A DNA stretch of 20,000 bases. Origin: an uncultured virus (IMG/VR IMGVR_UViG_3300029989_000017) (lineage: Duplodnaviria; Heunggongvirae; Uroviricota; Caudoviricetes). Below, one piece after another: positions 1 through 6,961 of the stretch; position 1 is the stretch's first letter, and each line of letters opens with the position of its first letter. The notes under the pieces were generated by a model, which had not been told where the DNA came from, searched no databases, and saw only the letters and a program-made list of their open reading frames with translations. The stretch is from IMG/VR virus record IMGVR_UViG_3300029989_000017; one strand, 5' to 3'. Position numbers and translations under genes: made by a program.

Positions 1-637
1 CGCGGGGCTTTACGTACTCTTCGGCCCACTTCAGGAGCTCTTCGACCGTGATCTCCTCTGAGCTTGGCTCTTCGGACACCCGGGGCTGATGAATAGTCAT
101 GCGTATGTGCTTGATGTCGTACAGCATCTCGTACTTGCGAAGGGCCCCGAGTGCGTACAGCCGCATTTGTGTATTGTTGAGGGCAAACACGAGCTTGCCT
201 TTGCCATACTTAAAATCAATGATGTCAAGCCAGTCGTCAGCGATTATAACGCAGTCCCCGGTACCGAAGCCTTCAGGCACCCACTCACTGTAGTCCACCT
301 TGACCTCAAGGTCTGCGTGTGGGTCAGGGCAGAACGCTTTTGCGTTGTTGAACAGCGTCTCCACGAGCTTACCGTAGGCGCAGGTGGCCTGTATCATCTC
401 CATGTCGTAAGCCTTGCCCGACTTAGCGGACAGCGCCGTGGTATTCGCCTCGCACTGCTCACGGGTCTGTAGGCCTAGATAGAGCCGCGCGGTGTTCTCT
501 GCGAAGGAGTGGGCGGTCGTGCCCTCCTCGGAGTAGATGCTTTTTTGATCGGGCACCGTCTCCTCGAGACGGGCGCTAGGCGTGCACTCAAGCCACCTCG
601 ATGAGCCGCTTGCGGATAATACCGCGTGCTCAGCCAT
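1..637 (-). CDS. DUF2800-family PD-(D/E)XK (Cas4-like) phage nuclease, 3' end outside the window
   Basis: Not in the ORF track because it runs off the edge. ATG at 637 overlaps the end of the upstream gene. Translates MAEHAVLSASGSSRWLECTPSARLEE...EEGTTAHSFAE...GFGTGDCVII...IIDFKYGKG...NTQMRLYALGAL, the typical DUF2800 motifs. Confidence 0.9.
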   Translation of the reverse strand, partial: MAEHAVLSASGSSRWLECTPSARLEETVPDQKSIYSEEGTTAHSFAENTARLYLGLQTREQCEANTTALSAKSGKAYDMEMIQATCAYGKLVETLFNNAKAFCPDPHADLEVKVDYSEWVPEGFGTGDCVIIADDWLDIIDFKYGKGKLVFALNNTQMRLYALGALRKYEMLYDIKHIRMTIHQPRVSEEPSSEEITVEELLKWAEEYVKPR

Positions 638-1160
638 TAACAGCCTCTTTCAGGTCAACCATGATTGCCTCGTAGTCTTCGGGCTTGACCTCGCCTAGTT
701 TGCCCGCACCGTACTTCGCCAGTACAGCGATGAGGCTTGCCTGATCTTTGGCGACGAGCTGTGCGGCGACAGCGCGGAGGTCTGTGGATGTGGTTGGTGC
801 CGCGGTCTTGGGTGGCGTAGCGGCCTTAACCTTGGCGGCAGAGTCGAGAGCCTTCTGTGCTTCGTCGGCAGTCTTCTTCGCGGCGGCGGCCTTCTTGGCG
901 TCTGCGGCGGTCTTGGCCTTAGCATCTGCGGCGGTCTTGGCCTCAAGGGCTTTAATCTCTTCGGCAGTCTTGTCTGTGCCCTCGCCTTCGGTCAGCGCCA
1001 CTGTCGGGGTTGTGATGTTGGTCACGTTGTTGACTACCGGGAGCGTTTCGATCGTCATAATCGGGTTGCGGGGCTCTAGGGCGGTCATTTCCTCGAGGAA
1101 CTTTGCTATTAAGGTAAGGGTCGTCGGGTTTACGTCGAGTTGCAGTGTCATTTTAGGCAT
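630..1160 (-). CDS. Conserved phage protein of the type found upstream of DUF2800 (Ala/Lys-rich linker, helical C-terminal domain)
   Basis: GAAGGAGA RBS; KTAADAK repeats; C-terminus LRAVAAQL...VLAKYGAGKLGEVKPEDYEAIM resembles genes usually preceding DUF2800; overlaps the DUF2800 start. Confidence 0.75.
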   Translation of the reverse strand: MPKMTLQLDVNPTTLTLIAKFLEEMTALEPRNPIMTIETLPVVNNVTNITTPTVALTEGEGTDKTAEEIKALEAKTAADAKAKTAADAKKAAAAKKTADEAQKALDSAAKVKAATPPKTAAPTTSTDLRAVAAQLVAKDQASLIAVLAKYGAGKLGEVKPEDYEAIMVDLKEAVNG

Positions 1161-1183
1161 TGGTTTGTCTCCTTCTCATATTT

Positions 1184-1414
1184 TTAGTCCCATTTCCAAG
1201 CGTTGCAGAATATTGCTGTGGTCATCTCATCGCTGAGGCCAAGGAGCTCTTTTGCTATCCTCATCTCGTTGCCGCTCCATGGCGCGCCTCCCGCTAACTT
1301 GCGGTAGGTCGTTGTCTTTGACCATTCTTCCTCTAACATCAGCGACTTCGGTGTGATGTCGTTCAGGACCATTTGCGATTTTAGGAGCTTGCAGTTGACT
1401 TCGGGTGTTGCCAA
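1184..1414 (-). CDS. Cro-like helix-turn-helix DNA-binding protein
   Basis: GAGGGGAGGG RBS before TTG at 1414 (shorter than the ORF track). LKSQMVLNDIT...WSKTTTYRKLAG...WSGNEMRIAKELLGL...IF is a phage HTH pattern; first gene of the leftward operon. Confidence 0.75.
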   Translation of the reverse strand: MATPEVNCKLLKSQMVLNDITPKSLMLEEEWSKTTTYRKLAGGAPWSGNEMRIAKELLGLSDEMTTAIFCNAWKWD

Positions 1415-1449
1415 GTTTTTCCCTCCCCTCATTGGTAAGTTATGGACAA

Positions 1450-1478
1450 ATCCTAGCACGGAATTTGTCGAATGTAAA
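1450..1478 (-). promoter_or_regulatory. Leftward sigmaA/sigma70-type promoter
   Basis: Minus strand TTTACA-17 bp-TAGGAT upstream of the HTH gene, overlapped by the inverted repeat GACAAAT..ATTTGTC (1445-1469). Confidence 0.6.
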
Positions 1479-1555
1479 GGGGAAATCGGGACAAAGTAGT
1501 CGAATTTGGGAACTTTGTGCCATTTGCCAAGTTTTAGGGTCGAATTTTGGGTAAA

Positions 1556-1633
1556 TTACCCTCTTGACGGTTTTTACTCATAGTAGTAATATGTATACAC
1601 ACCCGCAAACACATTAATGAGGAGAGATGCAAC
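1556..1633 (+). promoter_or_regulatory. Repeated early promoter cassette, copy P1 (divergent variant)
   Basis: TTGACG(1564)-17 bp-TAATAT(1587); spacer carries TTACT-N6-AGTAA as in the other copies; GAGGAG RBS before ATG 1634. Confidence 0.75.
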
Positions 1634-1960
1634 ATGACAAGAGAGAACATAAGCACCGAGAGACTTCAGGCCAAAGGCTACAGAGCCCCCGAGGGCCTCA
1701 CCCTTAATCATATGGTAGAGGCGACCATGCGCGGCGACACGCTCGTCCGTATCAGAAATCCGAAGGACCTGACCGTCACCATTAACGCCTACGCCGATAT
1801 GGGCGACAGTGTACCATCCGCCACAGTACAGCGCCACTTTACCGCCAAGGAGCTCACCGAGGGCGATGAGCGCAGGCGCAGAGCCTACGAAGTAGCGCGG
1901 CTCGGCAGTACAACCACCCGCAACGCTTTTAGGGCACCCGTCAGATCGGAGTGCGAATGA
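1634..1960 (+). CDS. Hypothetical early protein
   Basis: Strong RBS behind P1; 108 aa; ATGA overlap with next gene. Confidence 0.75.
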   Translation: MTRENISTERLQAKGYRAPEGLTLNHMVEATMRGDTLVRIRNPKDLTVTINAYADMGDSVPSATVQRHFTAKELTEGDERRRRAYEVARLGSTTTRNAFRAPVRSECE

Positions 1961-2187
1961 GAAATCACCTATGCCCCTTTGTGGGCTCCTGCATTCTCGA
2001 ATGCGGCACCTGCGCCTCTTGCCGCCGTCTCAATGAACGGGCGCTCCAAGAATCGCCTGAGCCGCCGCAGAGCCTCCGAGACGACGCGCTCAGGCTCCTC
2101 GCGGAACATACGCAACACTTTGTACCTGTTGCGGACCTGTGGGCCTTCAACATGGCGCTCGAGGCACTGAGAGAGGCGGACCTATGA
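1957..2187 (+). CDS. Small Cys-rich hypothetical protein
   Basis: ATGA coupling at both ends; GGAG RBS; CPFVGSCILECGTCASC. Confidence 0.65.
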   Translation: MRNHLCPFVGSCILECGTCASCRRLNERALQESPEPPQSLRDDALRLLAEHTQHFVPVADLWAFNMALEALREADL

Positions 2188-2570
2188 GATACACATTCAC
2201 ACAATTAAAGGACCTGCCTGAGACGCCCGCGGGCACGGTGTCCCGCTGTAATGGCGTCGGCAGGCGCACCGACTGGGGTGATTCGCGAAACGGCTACCCC
2301 ACTAAAGACTGCTACGAGATTGTGCTACCCGACAGGGTCGGCACGATGACCGAGCCCTTCATTGGGGAGAGCCTGTATGACAACCCTGAGTGGTTTAGGC
2401 GCGACATCGACTTTGACAGGCTCACCGACCTGAAATGTCCCGTCTGCGGGGAGACCCGAGCCAGTGTGCACGTAGACGCAAAACGCGTAGGTGACCGCGA
2501 GGACGGCTACCATAACACGGCGGACATCCTGCTCGAGTATCCCTGCGGGCACCCGTCGAGGGCTCTGTGA
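2184..2570 (+). CDS. Hypothetical protein with C-terminal Zn-ribbon-like motif
   Basis: GAGGCGG RBS, ATG overlapping upstream TGA; CPVCG...PCGH. Confidence 0.7.
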   Translation: MRYTFTQLKDLPETPAGTVSRCNGVGRRTDWGDSRNGYPTKDCYEIVLPDRVGTMTEPFIGESLYDNPEWFRRDIDFDRLTDLKCPVCGETRASVHVDAKRVGDREDGYHNTADILLEYPCGHPSRAL

Positions 2571-2806
2571 TGAAGCCGCTTATCAAGAGCCCCCACATTA
2601 AGCGCTTTTTGAAACTGGCAGAGGGTCTCGACAAGCTGATGGCGGAGGTGCGCGAGTATTGCCCCGAGGCGAGCTACTACGCGGCTGACTCCTATCTCCA
2701 CCTCATGCAGGGCCCGACGCACTCTGACGGGGCAGAGATACGCGACCTACAGGAGAACGTCGCGGCGGACTACTGCCTGCACTCTTTGGACGGAGGCGCG
2801 TGGTGA
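2567..2806 (+). CDS. Hypothetical protein
   Basis: Coupled to upstream stop; 79 aa; ends DGGAW. Confidence 0.7.
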   Translation: MMKPLIKSPHIKRFLKLAEGLDKLMAEVREYCPEASYYAADSYLHLMQGPTHSDGAEIRDLQENVAADYCLHSLDGGAW

Positions 2807-2979
2807 TGGGTGAGAAGTGCAAGACCTGCCTCGGTCGACTAGACTGGAAGACGGGAATACCCTGCCGCTATTGCAAGTACAACACCGCGCCCTACTGGGG
2901 CCGCGACGAGTCCAAGATGACGAAAGACAGCTATGTGTATGCGCCGCCGCGGCCAGTTGACAGCGACATACCGTATTAA
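2806..2979 (+). CDS. 57-aa Zn-finger microprotein with acidic ...DSDIPY tail
   Basis: Below the ORF-track cutoff. GGAGG RBS, TGATG coupling. MGEKCKTCLGRLDWKTGIPCRYCKYNTAPYWGRDESKMTKDSYVYAPPRPVDSDIPY; fills the gap exactly. Confidence 0.7.
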   Translation: MGEKCKTCLGRLDWKTGIPCRYCKYNTAPYWGRDESKMTKDSYVYAPPRPVDSDIPY

Positions 2980-2989
2980 GGAGGAAAGT

Positions 2990-3421
2990 ATGAAATGCCC
3001 CGAATGTAACAACGAGATGACCTGCAAAGAGAGGACCTCCTTCGAGGAGGCCTTCGGGCAGGCGGGCGCAGACGGATACTACGTGCCGCGCACAACTAGC
3101 ACCTATGCCTGTGCGGCCTGCAAGATACGATGCGTCGACGACGGTGACGAGCCAATATGGTCGGTGCCTAAAGCTCTGCGGCCGACGCCTGCACAGCTCG
3201 TGGTGCTCGCCAAGATGGACAACTACTACAGCGCGAACGTCCTCAGGACCGCGGTCACCAAGAAGGCCGCCTCCGCCGTCATCAACAAGAGCACCGTGAT
3301 GGCCGCCTTCGACGAGGACCGCCCGAGCGGTCGGCGCTACTGGGACCGAGACGACGGCTTCGACGACTATGGGAGTCTCATCGAGTTTGGCGACTACATG
3401 GACGGTCACGGCGACCATTAG
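2990..3421 (+). CDS. Zn-ribbon-containing hypothetical protein
   Basis: AAGGAGG RBS before ATG 2990; MKCPECNNEM...YACAACK; acidic C-terminus. Confidence 0.8.
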   Translation: MKCPECNNEMTCKERTSFEEAFGQAGADGYYVPRTTSTYACAACKIRCVDDGDEPIWSVPKALRPTPAQLVVLAKMDNYYSANVLRTAVTKKAASAVINKSTVMAAFDEDRPSGRRYWDRDDGFDDYGSLIEFGDYMDGHGDH

Positions 3422-3424
3422 GCG

Positions 3425-3515
3425 AAATGCACAAAACGATTTGTGCATTTTACCACTTGTTTTCTTTACTCAATGTAGTAAAATAGTATTATCAGATTTG
3501 AGAGGAGCACACAAC
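3425..3515 (+). promoter_or_regulatory. Repeated promoter cassette P2 (palindrome, -35/-10, RBS)
   Basis: AAATGCACAAA-ACGA-TTTGTGCATTT, TTGTTT(3457)-16 bp-TAAAAT(3479), core TTTACTCAATGTAGTAAAATAG, GAGAGGAG. Confidence 0.85.
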
Positions 3516-3761
3516 ATGAAAAAGTTTTACAAGGTAGAGGGCTCACCGAGAAGAGCCTGCGCGAGAACAACGGACAACCACGAATACCACTGGGCGATCG
3601 CATACATGATAGACGGCGTGGCCGCCTCCTCGAAGGCCTTCAGGGCCGACGAAGCAAGCGCCAACAGCGAGGCCGCTCGGATGAACAGAGACCGCGGCAA
3701 CCACTATAAGGTCCTCCCCGTGATCGAGATCACGGCCGCCGAGTACAAAGCCCTAAAATAA
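3516..3761 (+). CDS. Hypothetical early protein, first gene of the P2 module
   Basis: RBS GAGAGGAG then ATG 3516 (MKKFYKVEG...); the ORF-track extension only reads through the promoter. Confidence 0.8.
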   Translation: MKKFYKVEGSPRRACARTTDNHEYHWAIAYMIDGVAASSKAFRADEASANSEAARMNRDRGNHYKVLPVIEITAAEYKALK

Positions 3762-3814
3762 TCGAGGGCGGCCTTCGGGCCGTAAGACCACAAAAGCGGG
3801 TCCCAAGTCCCGCC
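3757..3814 (+). ncRNA. Twister-like self-cleaving ribozyme, circularly permuted (P1 closed, P5-type order), copy 1
   Basis: GAGGG(3764-68), P1 CGGCC-UUCG-GGCCG, UAA(3783-85), GACC, AC, AAAA, P4 GCGGG/CCCGC with loop UCCCAAGU. Both twister pseudoknots can form (GGG:CCC and AC:GU). P2 is weak (2 Watson-Crick pairs). Confidence 0.7.
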
Positions 3815-3837
3815 GACCTGAGAGGAGAGATCAAGTA

Positions 3838-3972
3838 ATGGACCTCGAAGAAATCCGTTATAAGCTCCGCATCCTGCGACTGCGTAACGGCGTGGACCCC
3901 GACGAGATCGCAGACATACTCGACGCCATTCTAAATTTGATTGAAGGAGACAACCATGAGACAGAACAATGA
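3838..3972 (+). CDS. 44-aa hypothetical protein
   Basis: GAGAGGAG RBS right after the ribozyme; MDLEEIRYKLRILRLRNGVDPDEIADILDAILNLIEGDNHETEQ. Confidence 0.7.
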   Translation: MDLEEIRYKLRILRLRNGVDPDEIADILDAILNLIEGDNHETEQ

Positions 3973-4111
3973 CCGAGATTTTTATGTTGTCCTCGGCGAC
4001 GAGGTCTTCATCTTTGACAGCAAGATCGAGCGCGACAACTTTCTCCTGCTGTGCGACGACACCACCGCGGCCCCCGCAAAAGACGCCTACAAAATATTGG
4101 ATAGGAGCTGA
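3956..4111 (+). CDS. 51-aa hypothetical protein
   Basis: GAAGGAGA RBS; MRQNNDRDFYVVLGDEVFIFDSKIERDNF... Confidence 0.7.
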   Translation: MRQNNDRDFYVVLGDEVFIFDSKIERDNFLLLCDDTTAAPAKDAYKILDRS

Positions 4112-4116
4112 CCGCC

Positions 4117-4455
4117 ATGGACTACACCACTGAAGCCTACGCCGCCTCTAAAATCGAGTATGCCCTCGGGCGTGCAAGCAAACCCAATCACGAGTTTTTC
4201 GGCAAGCTAATAATCGAGATGCCTTGGGGCTCACGGGCTATACCTGAGTTTACGGAGATGTTTAAACAGCTCAAGGCCCTCGGCATCACAGAGTTTTACT
4301 CTACCGACGAGTCGACGTCCCTGCTCGGACAACTCCGCATCATACAGACCCTCGGGGCCGCCTACGAGACCGTGGTGCTTGACGCTCTGCCCTCGTGGCC
4401 GGGTGCGATTCTCCGAAAGCGCCTCGCCCTGCACGTCATTTTGAAGGAGGACTAA
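4117..4455 (+). CDS. Hypothetical phage protein
   Basis: AGGAG RBS; 112 aa; operon packing. Confidence 0.8.
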   Translation: MDYTTEAYAASKIEYALGRASKPNHEFFGKLIIEMPWGSRAIPEFTEMFKQLKALGITEFYSTDESTSLLGQLRIIQTLGAAYETVVLDALPSWPGAILRKRLALHVILKED

Positions 4456-4459
4456 TATA

Positions 4460-4747
4460 ATGCCTAACAAGACGAATAACCCCTGCAACCGTCAGAACTT
4501 TACCCTCGCCATCGAGGTCCTAAAATATCACGCACCATGGAACCGCTACGCGATCGAGGACATCTACCTTGACCTCGGCGCAGGCATGAAGTGGGAGACG
4601 ATCGTCTGCTACCGCTCCGTCAACGACAGCTATCAGATGCTCTGCCCCCGGGACTGGGACATTCTCAACATCGCCGCTACCGCCTCAGAGATCACCCTGC
4701 TCATGGAGAAGATCGTCAGCGACCAAGCCAAGCTGTTGAGGTGCTAG
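4460..4747 (+). CDS. Hypothetical protein
   Basis: AAGGAGG RBS; 95 aa. Confidence 0.8.
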   Translation: MPNKTNNPCNRQNFTLAIEVLKYHAPWNRYAIEDIYLDLGAGMKWETIVCYRSVNDSYQMLCPRDWDILNIAATASEITLLMEKIVSDQAKLLRC

Positions 4748-4748
4748 A

Positions 4749-5087
4749 ATGTACATTCCGAAATACGTTGAAACCCTGCTCGAAGACAAGCGTCTGCGCC
4801 TCGCCGCAGGCGAGGAGCAGGCGGAGCACCCCGAGGCCCTTGGCTACACCTTCCGCCTGTACAGGCGCACCAACGGCGTCTACGACGGCACATTCGTGGA
4901 CGAGGCCGAGCGGCTCTGCGCGTGGGCCCGAAACAAGTATGCCGACGCCTATACAACCAAGCTCGTGTGCTTTACCGAGAAGGAACACCGCAAGCCCTAC
5001 TACAAGCGCGACTTCTGGCTCATGGTTATCACGGACCCCGTCGCGATCATACTTGAGAAGAGAATGGAGAAACATGACAAAAGTTGA
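4749..5087 (+). CDS. Hypothetical protein
   Basis: GAGGTG RBS; 112 aa; starts 1 nt after upstream stop. Confidence 0.8.
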   Translation: MYIPKYVETLLEDKRLRLAAGEEQAEHPEALGYTFRLYRRTNGVYDGTFVDEAERLCAWARNKYADAYTTKLVCFTEKEHRKPYYKRDFWLMVITDPVAIILEKRMEKHDKS

Positions 5088-5421
5088 AGAGTTTGCGGCC
5101 CTCGTGGCCGAACAGATCAAGGCCAACTACTACGCAGACGCTATTAGGCGCTCCTCGGATTATGAGACGTGGGATAAGCACATCGGCTCGAGGATTGGCA
5201 CCGAGGTCATAGTTGGCCCCAAGTACACAAAGGTCAACGTCCTCCTGCCCGACCCGAGCGCCCGCTACATGGTAGAGAATGCCACAGGCGACATCTACGG
5301 CGTCAAGAGCTATGGCAAGGTCAACAAGGCGCACTACTACGGCGACCTCAACAACACAGACGAGTATTACTGGGGCGGCTACGCCCCGACGCGTGTCATG
5401 ATAAGGTTGGTGAAGAGATGA
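5074..5421 (+). CDS. Conserved phage hypothetical protein (GxKYxKV...TGDIY motif)
   Basis: GGAG RBS before ATG 5074; GPKYTKVNV...ARYMVENATGDIYGVKSYGKVNKAHYYG resembles a widespread phage family of unknown function. Confidence 0.8.
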   Translation: MTKVEEFAALVAEQIKANYYADAIRRSSDYETWDKHIGSRIGTEVIVGPKYTKVNVLLPDPSARYMVENATGDIYGVKSYGKVNKAHYYGDLNNTDEYYWGGYAPTRVMIRLVKR

Positions 5422-5600
5422 GACTGGCCGTACGCGACAAAGAGGGCCGCATGATCGTGCTCTCACAGAAGGAGCCCTGCGGCGTGCTCACACTCACGCA
5501 GGTAGGTGCCGAGACCCTAACCCTGCCGCCCGAGGACTTAGCCGAGCTGATCAGATACTATAGATTTGTAAAAATGTATGATCTCCCGATATATCGATAA
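5418..5600 (+). CDS. 60-aa hypothetical protein
   Basis: ATGA coupling; ends just before P3. Confidence 0.65.
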   Translation: MRLAVRDKEGRMIVLSQKEPCGVLTLTQVGAETLTLPPEDLAELIRYYRFVKMYDLPIYR

Positions 5601-5606
5601 GCGCAG

Positions 5607-5696
5607 AATGCACAAAGAGATTTGTGCATTTTGTATATTGACTTATTTACTCATTGTAGTAAAATAGTATTATCAGATTCGAGAGGAGAACACACC
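5607..5696 (+). promoter_or_regulatory. Repeated promoter cassette P3
   Basis: AATGCACAAA-GAGA-TTTGTGCATT, TTGACT(5638)-16 bp-TAAAAT(5660), GAGAGGAG RBS. Confidence 0.88.
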
Positions 5697-5924
5697 ATGA
5701 ACTACGAGATTGTACACGACTGCGACGATGACGACGGCACACCGACCTGCTACAGCGCCGAGGACGCATACGGCCGCTATTGGTGGATTGACGTAGACTC
5801 GACAGGCTTCACCTGCACGACCAAGCTCGAGGGCGCGCTCTCCGCGCGGCAGACCTGTAAGACCCTGACAAGCGCTAAACGGTGGATAACTGAGAACTGC
5901 AAAAAATATAAGGATAGAGGCTAA
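5697..5924 (+). CDS. Hypothetical early protein
   Basis: ATG 5697 after cassette RBS; MNYEIVHDCDDDDGTPTCYS... Confidence 0.8.
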   Translation: MNYEIVHDCDDDDGTPTCYSAEDAYGRYWWIDVDSTGFTCTTKLEGALSARQTCKTLTSAKRWITENCKKYKDRG

Positions 5925-5928
5925 AAAT

Positions 5929-6186
5929 ATGAAAAACTTCGATAAATGGCTCGACACCCTCCTAGAGGAAAAAGGCATCGACCCTGAGAGCACCATCGCC
6001 TTCGACGGCCCGAGCGCCAAGAGCGGCACCTACAACTTCATGATGCTCGACGTCGTGGTCGAGGCCCTCAAGAACACAAGCCCCGCCGAGCAGGCGGCCG
6101 TCAAGAATATGCTCGTCAAGATAGACTTCGTTAACGGCGACGTCGTAGACTACCTCAGGCACCTCGCGGGGGCGCTCGTCCTATGA
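5929..6186 (+). CDS. Hypothetical phage protein
   Basis: AGAGG RBS; 85 aa; FDKWLDTLLEEKGID...LVKIDFVNGDVVDYLRHLA. Confidence 0.8.
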   Translation: MKNFDKWLDTLLEEKGIDPESTIAFDGPSAKSGTYNFMMLDVVVEALKNTSPAEQAAVKNMLVKIDFVNGDVVDYLRHLAGALVL

Positions 6187-6419
6187 AAAAGATTAACAAG
6201 GCCACGGCCCGTAAGCTCTACCGCGATGAAGGTGTTGAAATACACCTCCTGCCCTGCAAGGTCGGCCTCGGCAGTGTGTGGGTCCGCCCGGTCGGCATCC
6301 GCGCCGCGGGCCCTGCCGCGGAAACCTTCGATCACCGTGTCAACAGCTTCGAGTATTACAACTGCAACGCCGAGCTAGGCTACTACGCCGCGTATTACAT
6401 CAAGGAGGACACAGAATGA
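6183..6419 (+). CDS. Hypothetical phage protein
   Basis: ATGA coupling; KKINKATARKLY...VNSFEYYNCNAELGYYAAYY. Confidence 0.8.
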   Translation: MKKINKATARKLYRDEGVEIHLLPCKVGLGSVWVRPVGIRAAGPAAETFDHRVNSFEYYNCNAELGYYAAYYIKEDTE

Positions 6420-6553
6420 AAACCATCATGGCTCAGCAATACCGCTACTACGTGTTCGTGTGCGCGGGGCAGATCGCCTACTTCAATGACCGCAGGGAGG
6501 CCGAGGCCTTCGCGGCCTTCAATGACTCCGAAGTCTCCGACATGGACATCTAG
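6416..6553 (+). CDS. 45-aa hypothetical protein
   Basis: AAGGAGG RBS, ATGA overlap; MKTIMAQQYRYYVFVCAGQIAYFNDRREAEAF... Confidence 0.7.
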   Translation: MKTIMAQQYRYYVFVCAGQIAYFNDRREAEAFAAFNDSEVSDMDI

Positions 6554-6651
6554 CACAAAAATCTTTGTGCACTTTGTATATTGACTTATTTACTCAATGT
6601 AGTAAAATAGGTACTATGAGAGGGCCAAGAGCCCCGAGAAGGAGAGAACAT
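6553..6651 (+). promoter_or_regulatory. Repeated promoter cassette P4
   Basis: GCACAAA-AATC-TTTGTGC, TTGACT(6581)-16 bp-TAAAAT(6603), AAGGAG RBS. Confidence 0.88.
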
Positions 6652-6888
6652 ATGAAGCAGATCAAGACTAGCACTTTCGCAGGCGGCGACGTCTCAGAGA
6701 CCACGACCATCATCACCGAGGAGGCTTACCTAGAGATCGGGCGCAAGGCCGAACGCCTTAAAGACCACGGCGCTGAGGTCACCTTCGACACACTCGAGGA
6801 CGGTACGACCAAGATCACCCGCATACTCCACGCGATCGAAGCCACAGACAACATCACCATCGTCTACACCTTCAGCGAGGAGGAATAA
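6652..6888 (+). CDS. Hypothetical early protein, first gene of the P4 module
   Basis: ATG 6652 after RBS; 78 aa; stop overlaps the ribozyme. Confidence 0.8.
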   Translation: MKQIKTSTFAGGDVSETTTIITEEAYLEIGRKAERLKDHGAEVTFDTLEDGTTKITRILHAIEATDNITIVYTFSEEE

Positions 6889-6942
6889 TCGAGGGCGGCC
6901 CACAGGGCCGTAAGACCACAAAAGCGGGTCCCAAGTCCCGCC
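6884..6942 (+). ncRNA. Twister-like self-cleaving ribozyme, copy 2
   Basis: Identical to copy 1 except the P1 tip (CGGCCC-ACA-GGGCCG versus CGGCC-UUCG-GGCCG), so variation is confined to a non-catalytic loop. Predicted scissile U/A at 6911/6912. Confidence 0.7.
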
Positions 6943-6961
6943 ACATTGAGAGGAGATCAAC

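Noticed and set aside
3425..3451. Cassette palindromes as intrinsic terminators or N4-type hairpin promoters
   Set aside because: Stems are AT-rich with short T tails and fixed arm spacing, and normal -35/-10 boxes follow. Not fully excluded given the P5 variant.
3757..3814. Repeat read as a simple terminator, hammerhead or riboswitch
   Set aside because: No U tract after either hairpin and no CUGANGA/GAAA core; the twister core with both pseudoknots explains the conserved bases better.
4591..5073. N-terminal extension of the 276-aa ORF 4591..5421
   Set aside because: Overlaps two better genes in other frames; RBS supports the start at 5074.
3369..6651. Similar peptides LCILxxxxFTQCSKI at the starts of ORFs 3369, 5622 and 6565
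   Set aside because: They are translations of the repeated promoter DNA, not a protein family; real starts follow the RBS.
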